From assembly GCA_041650515.1 (NCBI GenBank), contig JBAZLA010000001.1, forward strand, positions 82,710 through 146,709: a stretch of DNA of 64,000 nt, in the 5' to 3' direction. The DNA is from Patescibacteria group bacterium. Its GTDB lineage: Bacteria; Patescibacteriota; Patescibacteriia; JACRDY01. The notes under the pieces were generated by a model. That model worked only from the letters and a program-made list of their open reading frames with translations, did no database searches and was not told the DNA's origin. This document shows, in pieces, positions 1 to 10,202 of the stretch; positions within the stretch are counted from its first letter, which is position 1, and every line of letters begins with the position of its first letter. Made by a program: the position numbers and the translations under genes.

Positions 1-258
1 GATAAATCGCCTATTTTTACTGACAGACTATAAACAGCTTTTCCCCAATAAAATAAGTATGCAGTATACGGTATACAGCATATAAAATTAAATTCCACCG
101 TCCAAGAATTTAATTGCCACATACTGGATATATAATTCAAAACTATCCCAAAAATATTGACAGAAACTAGAATCTATGTTACGGTAATCAATCAACCAAA
201 AATAGGACCTAACTATAAAACTATTTTGGTTTAACGTACCCTGGGAAAGGAGGGTACC

Positions 259-573
259 ATGGACGAATTGTTCAAGGGGTTGGTGGAAACACTCAGGAGA
301 GTACTCCGAGCTGACACCACCTATCCATCACCGTCAATAATGGAAGTACTGCGTGATATCGTCTCGGTTATGATCAAAATAGCCGAGAGCCAAGAGTTGT
401 CGGAGGAGGCCAGGTTGGAAACATGCGGCTACCTTCTCCAGGTTTCCTCTGTCTTGCCAGCGCATTTTTTCGCGACGGCGACGGAACCGAAGTTTGGTTC
501 CGTTGAGTTAGATCTCGCTGCTTCGCTCATTGAATTGAGCAGAGCAGTCGCCCACATAAGTCTATCTCGCTAA
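259..573 (+). CDS. Small hypothetical protein (104 aa), moderately GC-rich
   Basis: ORF preceded by AAAGGAGGGTACC-ATG Shine-Dalgarno sequence and followed by an intrinsic terminator. No recognisable motif. Confidence 0.5.
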   Translation: MDELFKGLVETLRRVLRADTTYPSPSIMEVLRDIVSVMIKIAESQELSEEARLETCGYLLQVSSVLPAHFFATATEPKFGSVELDLAASLIELSRAVAHISLSR

Positions 574-574
574 C

Positions 575-610
575 CGACCCGGCGAGTTTAAACAATCGGG
601 TCTTTTTTTA
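575..610 (+). terminator. Rho-independent terminator
   Basis: Hairpin gacccggcgag...cgggtc followed by a T7 run. Confidence 0.6.
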
Positions 611-880
611 TTGCCTAAACCGCTAACCTTGATCAAACTAAAAATCTATGCTATCGTACGGATAGTTTAATTATTAACGATTTCCCACGGGTAGCAGATC
701 TGGGAAAATACCGACTAGCAGTTTCTGGCCAAATTAGACTAAATTTAGCTTAATTTCTCTCTTAATGACAACTATCTCTCCCAAGCTAAAACTACTTTAA
801 AATAGCAAGTAGTAGTCATTGCGGCATATTTTATTTTCGCCAAATAAACTACCTCTCTCTGGGAAGTCCGGAGAAATAAT

Positions 881-2404
881 ATGGATAGTCTCAACTATCT
901 CTTAATCCTGGCTGGCCTAATTCTCGGCGGAGCTGTGGGTTTTGCTGCTCGTCAATTAATTACTAGCCAAAGAATTGCCTCGGCAGAGCAGAGAGCAGAA
1001 AAACTCTTAACCGAAGCCAAAAATAAACAGCAGGAATTTTTGCTGAGCGCTAAAGAAAAGGCCCTAAAAATGATTGACGAGGCTAAGGCCGAAGAAACTA
1101 CCCGCCGAACCGAGCTTAAGGAAATGCAAAAAAGGCTCGAACAGCGGGAAAATAAATTTGATCAAAAACTGCTCGATTTAGAAACCCAACAACAAAAACT
1201 TTTCGACAAAGCCCAACAGATTGAAGATATCAAGAAAAAAATCCAAGAGATTAAAGAGGAGCAGATGGCTAAGCTGGAAAAAATCGCCAATCTGACCAAG
1301 GAGCAAGCAGTTGAAGTCTTGCTTAAAAACATTGAAGAAAAGAACCAGGAAACCCTAATGTCTCGCCTACGCAAACTAGATCAGGAAACTTCAGATGAAG
1401 TCGAGCGCAAAGCTAAAGAGATAATCACTGGCGCCGTCCAGCGCTGTGCCGCCTCTCACGCAACCGAGATCACAACCACCACCATTAGCCTACCCTCTGA
1501 TGAAATGAAGGGCCGAATTATCGGCCGCGAAGGTCGTAATATTAAAGTGATTGAACAACTCACTGGTACCGAAATTATTGTTGACGATACACCTAATGCC
1601 ATTACTGTTTCTGGCTTTTCACCAATCCGTCGACATATCGCTAAACAAGCGCTGGAAAAATTGATTTCTGATGGCCGCATCCACCCCGGTCGAATTGAGG
1701 AAGCGGTTGAAGAAGCCAAGAAAAATATCGCTCGCGATATCAAAAAAGCCGGCGAAGATGCTATGTATGAGCTGGGTGTCACTGGTCTCGACCCCAAATT
1801 GGTCCAAATTGTTGGTCGACTAAAATACCGGACTTCTTATGGCCAAAACGTTTTGCAGCACTCAATCGAAGTATCACACTTATCGGCATTATTAGCTGAG
1901 GAGCTAGATGCCAACGTCACCGTCGCCAAAAAAGCTGGCTTACTCCACGACATTGGTAAAGCGGTTGACCATGAAGTTCAAGGTACTCACCCCGAGATTG
2001 GCCGCGATATTGCCAAAAAGTTCGGCTTGCCTGAAGAAATTATTCAACCAATTCTAACCCACCATGAAGACAAACCACCGACACTTGAAGCGGTAATTGT
2101 TAAAGTAGCTGATGCCATTTCTGGGGCTCGGCCTGGCGCTCGTAAAGACACTTACGAAAATTATCTCCAACGATTAGAAGAACTAGAAAAAATCGCCACC
2201 AGCTTTGACGGCGTCGAGAGATCTTATGCCATTCAAGCCGGGCGAGAAATCCGCGTTTTTGTCATGCCCGAAGAATTAGACGATTCAGCCGCGGCTAAGG
2301 TTGCTCATGACGTCGCCAAAAAGATTGAAGAAGAATTAAAATATCCCGGCGAGATTAAAGTGACAGTCATCAGAGAAAAACGGGTGATCGAATATGCCAG
2401 ATAA
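881..2404 (+). CDS. rny: Ribonuclease Y
   Basis: N-terminal transmembrane segment, a long coiled-coil, a KH domain (GRIIGREGRNIK), an HD domain (LLHDIGKA...HH) and a conserved C-terminus. Confidence 0.9.
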   Translation: MDSLNYLLILAGLILGGAVGFAARQLITSQRIASAEQRAEKLLTEAKNKQQEFLLSAKEKALKMIDEAKAEETTRRTELKEMQKRLEQRENKFDQKLLDLETQQQKLFDKAQQIEDIKKKIQEIKEEQMAKLEKIANLTKEQAVEVLLKNIEEKNQETLMSRLRKLDQETSDEVERKAKEIITGAVQRCAASHATEITTTTISLPSDEMKGRIIGREGRNIKVIEQLTGTEIIVDDTPNAITVSGFSPIRRHIAKQALEKLISDGRIHPGRIEEAVEEAKKNIARDIKKAGEDAMYELGVTGLDPKLVQIVGRLKYRTSYGQNVLQHSIEVSHLSALLAEELDANVTVAKKAGLLHDIGKAVDHEVQGTHPEIGRDIAKKFGLPEEIIQPILTHHEDKPPTLEAVIVKVADAISGARPGARKDTYENYLQRLEELEKIATSFDGVERSYAIQAGREIRVFVMPEELDDSAAAKVAHDVAKKIEEELKYPGEIKVTVIREKRVIEYAR

Positions 2405-3218
2405 ACAACAAATTACTATCTTATTCTTCGGTGATATTATTGGCAAGATCGGTCGCCAAGCTCTGATCGCCGCTTTACCAAAATTAAAAGCGGAGTATCA
2501 ACCCGATCTAACTATTGCTAATGTTGAAAATCTAGCCCATGGCTTTGGCATCAACCAAAAATCATGGCAAGATATTTTAACAATTGGCATTGATTTTGGC
2601 ACCTCGGGTAATCATATCTTTGCTAAACCCGAAGGGTTAGAAATGCTAGAGAGCTCCCAAATACCAATCATCCGGCCAGCCAACTACCCCGATGGCACGC
2701 CTGGCCGCGGTTGGCAAATCGTCGACACGCCCAAGGGCCAGATATTAGTTATCAATCTTTTGGGCCGGGTTTTTATTGATAATGAAGACAAAATCGCCAA
2801 CCCTTTTCAAGTAGCTAAACAAATCATCGACGAGAATAAAAACAATCCCAAAATTAAAGCGGTAATTATTGATATCCATGCCGAAGCCACTTCGGAAAAA
2901 GTCGCTCTCGGTCTATTCTTAGATGGCCAAGTATCAGCAATTGTTGGCACTCATACCCACATCCCCACGGCTGACACTCGAGTACTTAATAACGGCACCG
3001 CTTATGTTACCGATCTGGGTATGATCGGCGCCAGAGATTCGGTGATTGGCGGCAGTGCCGGACCGATCGTCCAGGCTTTTTTTGAGACCGGTGATAAAGG
3101 CACCTACGAGGTACCCAAAAACGGTACCTGCGTTGTCAACGGCGTCTTGATTGAAATTAATCCCCAAACTAAATTAGCAACTAAAATTACTAGGGTAGAC
3201 AGTGAAATTGAAGTATAA
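2394..3218 (+). CDS. ymdB: YmdB-like metallophosphoesterase (TIGR00282 family, 2',3'-cyclic nucleotide phosphodiesterase)
   Basis: N-terminus ILFFGDIIGKIGR, plus GNH and GTHTH metal-ligand motifs. Lies immediately downstream of rny, overlapping it by 11 nt (classic synteny). Confidence 0.75.
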   Translation: MPDKQQITILFFGDIIGKIGRQALIAALPKLKAEYQPDLTIANVENLAHGFGINQKSWQDILTIGIDFGTSGNHIFAKPEGLEMLESSQIPIIRPANYPDGTPGRGWQIVDTPKGQILVINLLGRVFIDNEDKIANPFQVAKQIIDENKNNPKIKAVIIDIHAEATSEKVALGLFLDGQVSAIVGTHTHIPTADTRVLNNGTAYVTDLGMIGARDSVIGGSAGPIVQAFFETGDKGTYEVPKNGTCVVNGVLIEINPQTKLATKITRVDSEIEV

Positions 3219-3306
3219 TATAATGAGTTCAGAGAAAATCTAAGTATATACTTAAACAAATAACTATCAGCCCACTGTGGTGGCCTGAAGTAACTAAGGA
3301 GATTAT

Positions 3307-3585
3307 ATGAACAAAGCTGAATTAATCGATGTCCTGGCTCAAAAAACTAATGTTTCCAAAAAAGAAGTCGGCGATGTAGTTGAAAACATGGTCCAAACCA
3401 TCATGGACACACTTAAAGGCGGCGGCCATGTTACCTTGACTGGTTTCGGCGAATTTTCCGCCCGTACCCGCGCCGGCCGCGAAGGTATTAACCCCCGAAC
3501 TAAAGAAAAAATTACTATCCCCCCAGTCACGGTTGCTAAATTCAAAGCTGGCAAAGCGCTCAAAGATCTACTCAAAAAACAATAA
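3307..3585 (+). CDS. hup: DNA-binding protein HU
   Basis: MNKAELI...GFGEF...R.GRNP.T...I.....V.FK.GK.LKD signature. 92 aa. Confidence 0.9.
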   Translation: MNKAELIDVLAQKTNVSKKEVGDVVENMVQTIMDTLKGGGHVTLTGFGEFSARTRAGREGINPRTKEKITIPPVTVAKFKAGKALKDLLKKQ

Positions 3586-3595
3586 ATTACCTATT

Positions 3596-3630
3596 AAAAA
3601 TCAGTCCACCGCGGCGGACTGATTTTTTTA
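3596..3630 (+). terminator. Rho-independent terminator after hup
   Basis: Hairpin cagtccaccgcggcggactg followed by a T7 run. Confidence 0.7.
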
Positions 3631-3693
3631 TTTACAAATAAAAAAAGGCGGGCTAAAGATCTAGCGCCGCCGAGCACAACCCGAGAGGGTGCG

Positions 3694-4116
3694 CTATTGT
3701 GATTGTTCATCACGAAACCATTGGGTTATTAGATCTTCCCCAACGATTTCGCTGAGATCCTGGAACTGCGCGCCAACTTCCTCCAAGGAGAGTAACCCCT
3801 CCTTATAATTGGCAATAATCTGACCCACAATCACCGGGGCCACAATCTCCAGGTCTTCCTGGGACAGACGACCCATTACCCGAGCCGCCAGCTCGGGTTC
3901 CTCTTCATACATGGTAGCCAAGAGGTTTTCGAGAACATTCACCCGATGGTCGAGCTGGCCGTTTGCTTGCTGAAGACAGCGAGCGCCGGATTTTTCGACG
4001 TAAACCCAGAACGACAGCCCGAGCACTAACAGGATTAGCGCGATTGCCTTAACCGCCCAGACGACATCTGAATTTTCTTCTAAAACATCTTCGATCCAAG
4101 CATATCTACTAAACAT
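3694..4116 (-). CDS. Hypothetical membrane protein, moderately GC-rich
   Basis: ORF with TAGGAGGGGTT-ATG start (MFSRYAW...). The ORF track extends it to 4161. One transmembrane segment. A terminator hairpin lies downstream at about 3640-3675. Confidence 0.45.
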   Translation of the reverse strand: MFSRYAWIEDVLEENSDVVWAVKAIALILLVLGLSFWVYVEKSGARCLQQANGQLDHRVNVLENLLATMYEEEPELAARVMGRLSQEDLEIVAPVIVGQIIANYKEGLLSLEEVGAQFQDLSEIVGEDLITQWFRDEQSQ

Positions 4117-4384
4117 AACCCCTCCTAATTTCCAATCGTTTCCGGACCAAACGAAACACAATATTAAATGATATCACATTATTATGTTAATGTCAATAGT
4201 TACCCCAAGAAAAACACCTCTGTTGAGCAAAAAAATTAATTAGGGCGATCCAATATCATCGCATACCATTCGACTTACTTCGCTTATTTGAAGTAAACTC
4301 TGTCAAATGGTAAAAATAATTCAAAAAAGCGACCCGCCACAAAGGCGGACCGCTTACTAATTGATTATTACCAATTACTATCTA

Positions 4385-4966
4385 CTAACTACTAATCACC
4401 TTATCAATCAGTCCGTACTTCTTAGCCTCGTCTGAATCAAGATAAAAATCACGGTCAGTGTCTTTTTCAATTTTACTCAACGGCTGACTGGTGTGTTTAG
4501 CTAAAATTTTATTCATTCGATCGTGGATCTTTAAAATCCGCTCAGCGCGAATTTTAATATCCGCGGCCTGGCCTTCGGCGCCACCCATCACTTGGTGCAA
4601 CATTATTTCTGAATTAGGCAAAGTAAACCGCTTGCCTTTTTCGCCAGCGGCCAAAAGCACTGCCGCCATTGAGGCCGCTAAACCAATACAAATCGTGGTC
4701 ACCGGCGACTTAACATACTGCATCGTGTCATAAATTGCCAACCCCGCGGTGACCGAACCACCCGGACAATTAATATAGAGCTTGATATCTTTTTTCTGAT
4801 CCTGAGAATCCAAAAATAATAGCTGGGCAATCACCGTATTAGCCACACCATCATCAATCGGCGAACCCAGAAAAATGATCCGCTCTTTGAGGAGACGCGA
4901 ATAGATATCATAAGCCCGCTCGCCAAATTGGGATTTTTCAATTACCGTGGGAATTAAGTAAGGCAT
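4385..4966 (-). CDS. clpP: ATP-dependent Clp protease proteolytic subunit
   Basis: Conserved ClpP sequence around the catalytic serine (GGSVTAG) and His (MLHQ). An intrinsic terminator lies at about 4321-4360 on the minus strand. Confidence 0.9.
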   Translation of the reverse strand: MPYLIPTVIEKSQFGERAYDIYSRLLKERIIFLGSPIDDGVANTVIAQLLFLDSQDQKKDIKLYINCPGGSVTAGLAIYDTMQYVKSPVTTICIGLAASMAAVLLAAGEKGKRFTLPNSEIMLHQVMGGAEGQAADIKIRAERILKIHDRMNKILAKHTSQPLSKIEKDTDRDFYLDSDEAKKYGLIDKVISS

Positions 4967-5054
4967 AATTTTTAATTCTTATTTTCTAATTCTTAATTAA
5001 TATAGTAGCACCGTTTGAGTTCATAATCAAGAAAAAAGCAGGGCTGGATACCTG

Positions 5055-5294
5055 CTACCTTAGGGTGTCAACCGTCAGCTTGGACGGCACATCGGCGGTG
5101 TATACCGCCCGCTGTCTGCCAGCCACGACATCCTGGAGAACAATCATCTCGGTGCTGCCGGTGCCAAAGACAGCGCCGATCTCTCGCCCCAGGCGCAACA
5201 CCTCGGTGGGATTCTGGTAATCCGCCTGAGTCTCTAGACAGACCACCGCTTTGACGTCTTTGCCCCAATGTCGATTGGGCTCAACCTGTTTCAT
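5055..5294 (-). CDS. Small hypothetical protein (80 aa) in a GC-rich islet
   Basis: GCAGGAGGGCTGT-ATG start (MKQVEPN...). Local GC is clearly above the flanks. No recognisable motif. Confidence 0.4.
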   Translation of the reverse strand: MKQVEPNRHWGKDVKAVVCLETQADYQNPTEVLRLGREIGAVFGTGSTEMIVLQDVVAGRQRAVYTADVPSKLTVDTLR

Positions 5295-5429
5295 ACAGCC
5301 CTCCTGCGGCCAAAAATAAGTTGGTGCCAAATTGTAACACAAATATAAAAAATTTCAAATTATTTATCTCAACCTGAAAAAAATTTAGAAAAAAGTTTAA
5401 TTTTATTTAATCTACCATCTTTTATGATG

Positions 5430-5665
5430 GTGACAGGTTTGTGGGACTGTGTCCGGTGATGAAACTTATGTTTGACACTCAAGTTTAGGGAGCCTGTCCT
5501 GAGGAGCCCGCCACAAGCGGACGACGAAGGATTCGACTCTCCCCGGTTCCACACCCTTAAAGAGTCTTTAACCAATTATAAAAACTTTGCTACAATCTAA
5601 ATACCAAGTGTCAAGTTTGGATATATTATTCACAAATCCGCCTGTCTGGCGGATTTGTTTTTTGA
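5430..5665 (+). ncRNA. Candidate small noncoding RNA ending at an intrinsic terminator
   Basis: Non-coding stretch of about 235 nt, with long-range complementarity gtttgtggg...cccgccacaagcgg and a GGATTCGAC motif. It ends at hairpin aaatccgcctgtctggcggattt plus a T-run on the plus strand (5632-5665). Its identity is unknown. Confidence 0.25.
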
Positions 5666-5713
5666 TTAAAATAAAAAAACCAGTTGTTAGGGACAACCGG
5701 AAAACCCCAAATA

Positions 5714-6031
5714 CTATTTTTGGTCAGACCATTCGATGTCGCCTTCGGCTTCAACCCACCTTACACAGTTTTTCTGTAGAACCGAGGGATGATGCCGATC
5801 GTTCTCCAAACGGGGTTGCTCGATTCGGCCCTCGGCGAGCAGTCGGCGGACAATCTTTTCCGCCAGATCGGGGTTGGCACCCCAACACTGATCTCGATAC
5901 CGCTGAATCACCCTATCCCAATCAACGGGATTGGGGCAACGGGTGCCAGCAATGATTTTGTCTAAGGCATCGAGGGCTACTTTCCCCTCAATAATGTCTT
6001 GAATACACCACGAAAGACTTAGTCCAATCAT
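5714..6031 (-). CDS. Hypothetical protein (105 aa), moderately GC-rich
   Basis: TGGAGGGTTGTC-ATG ribosome-binding site. No recognisable motif. Confidence 0.45.
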   Translation of the reverse strand: MIGLSLSWCIQDIIEGKVALDALDKIIAGTRCPNPVDWDRVIQRYRDQCWGANPDLAEKIVRRLLAEGRIEQPRLENDRHHPSVLQKNCVRWVEAEGDIEWSDQK

Positions 6032-6203
6032 GACAACCCTCCATATATTCCAATTACATACAACGCGATAATACGATCTTACTTTGTATCATGCCATGAC
6101 TAAAAAGTCAAATATACTCACCAAAAAAATTAACAAAAAAATAGCCATTCTAGGCTACTCATTCCGCGTCGGCTGCTGGGTACTAGGTACTAAGTACTAG
6201 GCA

Positions 6204-7235
6204 CTATTCCACTATTTTCCACCCTTTATCTGTTTCCACAATATGTCCAGGAATGGTAAACCCAGCGGCTTTTTTGTGGCCACCGCCGCCAAACTTTTTA
6301 GCAATCTCGGCCACATCAACATCATCGCTAGTAGTTCGTAGGCTACCCTTAACTTTGCCGCCTTCTTCTTCGCGCAGAACCAAAATGGCTTTACTCGTGC
6401 CCAGACTGTTGAGAAAATTAGCCACACCCTCAGCGGCTTCTGGTAAGAGATGCTCTTCTTCCAAATCTTTGAGCGTAATCACGGTCGTTGCCAGACTAGT
6501 CTCGGGATCTTCTTGCAACCGGAGCAAAACTTTACCCCAAAGCCGCAAGATCGGCAGTTCTTTATTCTGCCAAGTGTTAGCCGTAATTTGCTGTAACCTA
6601 GCGCCTAGACGTAATAGTTCGGAACCGACTTCCATGGCGGTAAAAGTCGTTGCTGGATTGGTAAAATTTTGGGTGTCGGTCAAAATACCAGTTAATAAAC
6701 AAGTGGCCATATCTTTATTGACCTCGGCGCGCATTGCTACTAATAAATTATACAAAATCTCTGAAGTCGAAGAAGCCATTGGCACGACCAAAGAAATATC
6801 TTTAGCTTCATCCTGATTAGGATGGTGATCAATATTAATAAAAGTTGTCCCTTGCTTTTTAGCTTGATCTAATTTTTCCGCTAGACCAGAATTTTTAAAC
6901 TCACCAAAATCCAAGAGAAAAATTAAATCATAATCATTAATCTTAATTCGTTCTGGCTCGATTTCTAATTCCAACACCGCCGGCAGATAAGCCAAGCTCT
7001 GAGGAAAATAGTATAGAGAAAAAACCGTGCATTTTTTGCCCAGTGATTTTAAATATAAAGACAAAGCTAAAACACTCCCCGCCGAGTCGCCATCAGGCCG
7101 CGGATTACTATGACCCAAAATTAAAATATTCTTCGCTGCTTTAATTTTTTGGTTTACTTTTTGAGCTAAGTCCTTTTTAACCATAGATTTATTCAGTCTC
7201 TTTTTCGGCCTTAATCTCTTGAAGCAGCTGCTCAA
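6204..7235 (-). CDS. nrnA: DHH/DHHA1 phosphoesterase (NrnA-like oligoribonuclease/pAp phosphatase)
   Basis: DHH motif (IDHHPNQD), N-terminal DGDSAGS, and C-terminal GGGH motif (GGGGHKKAAG). Confidence 0.75.
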   Translation of the reverse strand: MSSCFKRLRPKKRLNKSMVKKDLAQKVNQKIKAAKNILILGHSNPRPDGDSAGSVLALSLYLKSLGKKCTVFSLYYFPQSLAYLPAVLELEIEPERIKINDYDLIFLLDFGEFKNSGLAEKLDQAKKQGTTFINIDHHPNQDEAKDISLVVPMASSTSEILYNLLVAMRAEVNKDMATCLLTGILTDTQNFTNPATTFTAMEVGSELLRLGARLQQITANTWQNKELPILRLWGKVLLRLQEDPETSLATTVITLKDLEEEHLLPEAAEGVANFLNSLGTSKAILVLREEEGGKVKGSLRTTSDDVDVAEIAKKFGGGGHKKAAGFTIPGHIVETDKGWKIVE

Positions 7236-7539
7236 CCTCGGCTACCTTAATCGCAGTTTTATCTAGACGCAATAATAGTTGTGGTGCGAACTGTAAATCG
7301 ATTTCTTCTGCCAATAGTCGCCGCAACTCTCGATAGTTACCTCGGACTAAACCATAAGCCACGCCAGTAGCGGCGGTCGGAGTGACGGTCAGCCAAATCT
7401 TGGCATATTTCAAATCCGCCGAAGTTTCAACTTTAACTACGGTTATCAAAACGTTTTTGGGTAATTCAATCTCGCGGATGATAATTTCACCCAGCTTTTG
7501 ACGAATCAGCTCGCTAACTTGTTCAGTTCGTTTAGACAT
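7189..7539 (-). CDS. rbfA: Ribosome-binding factor A
   Basis: RbfA-like sequence (MSKRTEQVSELIRQ...ITVVKVETSADLKYAKIW). The frame extends at the C-terminus and overlaps nrnA; the true stop may be earlier. Confidence 0.7.
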   Translation of the reverse strand: MSKRTEQVSELIRQKLGEIIIREIELPKNVLITVVKVETSADLKYAKIWLTVTPTAATGVAYGLVRGNYRELRRLLAEEIDLQFAPQLLLRLDKTAIKVAEVEQLLQEIKAEKETE

Positions 7540-7620
7540 AAGAATTAGTCATATTATAACATAAATTGCTAAATGTCCAGCTATCGGCTTTACTGACAGA
7601 CGACTGGCTGATATTATAAT

Positions 7621-7747
7621 GTCATTGCGAGGAGCTCCGACGTAAAGTCGGAGCGACGAAGCAATCTGGTAAATATCAGGAGATTGCTTCGTCACTCCAC
7701 TTCGTGGAGTTTACCCTGAGCGAAGCCGAAGGGCTCCTCGCAATGAC
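7621..7747. repeat. Family-B palindromic repeat (gtcattgcgaggagc ... gctcctcgcaatgac)
   Basis: Perfect 15-bp terminal inverted repeats enclose the internal hairpin gacgaagcaatct...agattgcttcgtc. It abuts the start codon of the next gene. Confidence 0.8.
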
Positions 7748-7749
7748 AT

Positions 7750-9081
7750 ATGAAAAAACTACTCAAAAAAATTCTACCTAAATCAATTCTTTCCACTTAC
7801 CATTATTGTTTGGCTTGGTTAGCCGCTTTGGTTTATGGTTTTCCCGCTCGAAAATTGATTATTATCGGCGTGACTGGCACCTACGGCAAAACAACAACTA
7901 GTTATCTAACGGCTCAACTACTGGAACTAGCTGGTTTTGAAGTTGGCCTAACCTCCACTGCTTTGTTTAAAGTTGGGCCAAAGGTTTGGCTTAATGACAA
8001 AAAAATGACCATGCTTGGCCGCGCCCAAACCCATCGTCTGCTACGCCAAATGGTCAAAGCCGGCTGCCGCTACGCAATTGTCGAGACCTCCTCCGAGGGT
8101 ATTCTACAACATCGCCAGATTGGCATTCATTATGATATCTTAATTTTTACCAATCTCTCGCCCGAACATCTCGAAGCCCATGGCGGTTTTGCCAATTACA
8201 AAGCAACTAAACTCAAGTTATTCAAAAATTTTGCCAAGACACCAACCAAAGAAATCTACGGCCAACCAGTTCCTAAGGTGTTAATCGGTAATTTAGATAA
8301 TGAACATTCGCCAGACTTTTTACAATTTAGAATTAATCATAAAATCGGTTTTGGCATCACGCCGGTCCAGCCCAACCTCGCGCCAGAAACCCTAATCGGC
8401 ACTGACATCCAAGCTGATCTAGCTGGCCTAAAATTTAAAATTAACCAACGTCAGTTTGCTTCACCACTACTAGGTGAATTTAATATTTATAATAACTTAG
8501 GCGCAATCGCCGCGGTCTATTCTCAAGGCGTGACTTTAGAAAAAATTTCTGAACTCTTGCCTCAGACTAAACCCTGTCCGGGCCGGTTGGACCTGATTAA
8601 TGAGGGCCAGCCTTTTACGGTGATTGTCGATTTTGCCTTCGAACCAAAATCCCTAGAAAAACTTTACAGCGTCGTTAAACTTTTTAAAAAACCCGATTCT
8701 AAAATTATCAATTTATTAGGTAGCGGCGGCGGCGGCCGCGACAAGGCACGTCGACCAATCCTTGGTGGGTTAGTTGCTCAGAATGCCGACCAAGTTGTTA
8801 TTACCAATGAAGATCCCTATGATGAAGATCCGTTGGAGATTATCAACCAAATCGCTGCGGGAGCTAGAGCCAAAGGCAAAGTTGAGAATCAAAATCTCTG
8901 GCTAATCTTGGATCGACGCGAGGCCATTAACCAGGCCTTAAGTCTAGCCCAAAAAGATGATATAGTTCTAATATCAGGCAAGGGCTGCGAACAAGCGATC
9001 GTGACTAAAAATGACCAACTAATCCCCTGGGACGATCGCCAGGTGGCCCGCGAAGAACTCAAAAAAATCGCTAACAGCTAA
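7750..9081 (+). CDS. Mur ligase family protein (MurE-like UDP-N-acetylmuramoyl-tripeptide synthetase)
   Basis: P-loop GVTGTYGKTTT, NLSPEHLEAHGGFANY, and C-terminal GSGGGGRDKARRP...ITNEDP motifs. Confidence 0.65.
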   Translation: MKKLLKKILPKSILSTYHYCLAWLAALVYGFPARKLIIIGVTGTYGKTTTSYLTAQLLELAGFEVGLTSTALFKVGPKVWLNDKKMTMLGRAQTHRLLRQMVKAGCRYAIVETSSEGILQHRQIGIHYDILIFTNLSPEHLEAHGGFANYKATKLKLFKNFAKTPTKEIYGQPVPKVLIGNLDNEHSPDFLQFRINHKIGFGITPVQPNLAPETLIGTDIQADLAGLKFKINQRQFASPLLGEFNIYNNLGAIAAVYSQGVTLEKISELLPQTKPCPGRLDLINEGQPFTVIVDFAFEPKSLEKLYSVVKLFKKPDSKIINLLGSGGGGRDKARRPILGGLVAQNADQVVITNEDPYDEDPLEIINQIAAGARAKGKVENQNLWLILDRREAINQALSLAQKDDIVLISGKGCEQAIVTKNDQLIPWDDRQVAREELKKIANS

Positions 9082-9087
9082 AACTAT

Positions 9088-9738
9088 ATGGAACAAAATA
9101 ACCCCAGATCTGATTATGGGTTTAAATCCAGACTCTGGCTCTGGTTGCTTATTTTTGCGGCTATCGTTTTTTTGCCGCTCGGCGGCCTAACCCTTTGGCT
9201 TTGGCTAAGCCAAACACCGGCCCCAACACCAGAACTAATAGTTAATGAGCAACTAGTTGACGAAAATATTAACGCCCCCACCTTTGGCGGCGGTTTGTCA
9301 CTAGCTGGCGAACGTGAAGCTCAGACCGAAGAGGAAGCTGAGACGTTCTTGGGCTATATCACCAGTATGGAAGAAAAGTTCGGCGTCTATTATCTTTATA
9401 TTGATTATATTCAATGGCTAACTGGTGATGAGGCTAAAGAAGCCGCTTTAGAAGATGGCGACTGTACTATCTTAGAAGCTTGTGCGCCCAATAATTTTTA
9501 TATTCGTAATGACAGTAAAAAGGTCCGCCGCTTAGAACTAGCCCCAGATATTGACATCCGTATGCAGACTTACAGCTACACTCCCGATGGTAATTATAAT
9601 ATCAGCGAAAAAATCGATGCGGTAACTTTTAAAGCCATTTTTGATAAAGAATCAGAGTCACTTCTTAAAAATAGCCCCTACCGAGTCGAAATTAAGGACG
9701 GCAAAATATTCAGAATCATTGAAAAATACGTCCCTTAG
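9088..9738 (+). CDS. Hypothetical membrane-anchored protein
   Basis: N-terminal transmembrane segment. No recognisable motif. Confidence 0.4.
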   Translation: MEQNNPRSDYGFKSRLWLWLLIFAAIVFLPLGGLTLWLWLSQTPAPTPELIVNEQLVDENINAPTFGGGLSLAGEREAQTEEEAETFLGYITSMEEKFGVYYLYIDYIQWLTGDEAKEAALEDGDCTILEACAPNNFYIRNDSKKVRRLELAPDIDIRMQTYSYTPDGNYNISEKIDAVTFKAIFDKESESLLKNSPYRVEIKDGKIFRIIEKYVP

Positions 9739-10202
9739 ATTAGCTAATTTTTCCCTCCCTGGGACAACCTGTGTATAACATCCGAATAAAAACAGCCTAT
9801 TTTAACCTCGGCTGTTTTTGATTATATCACCAATATCAGCCGACTAGTCTAAAAATTTAGCTAAAATAGGCTAAATTATCTATATTTTATCCACAGATGG
9901 CTAGCCCCTTGACAAGCCAGGCCTTTACCGCTTGACAGCTTTTTGGTGAACTGTTAATATATTGATTACTTTTGTACCTATTTTAGCTGATTATCTTCCC
10001 CTCGCAGGATCAAACTCCGAGGGAAAATTTTTGGCCATTTAGGACAAGAATCTTCTGTTTGCAGGTCAAATCCCCCGCTATTATAAGTCATTAATTTTAG
10101 AGTGGTGGGTAAAAGTTATTAAAAACTTTAAACAATTAAATAAAACCTCTAACTGGTCCACCGTAACCTAGTAGGTAGACCATCAAGAGAGGCCAATTTT
10201 TT

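Noticed and set aside
5500-5560. tmRNA (ssrA), suggested by GGATTCGAC
   Set aside because: No 7-bp acceptor stem with a complementary 3' end, no T-arm or CCA, and no convincing tag-peptide ORF ending in a hydrophobic-AA stop. Kept only as an unspecified sRNA candidate.
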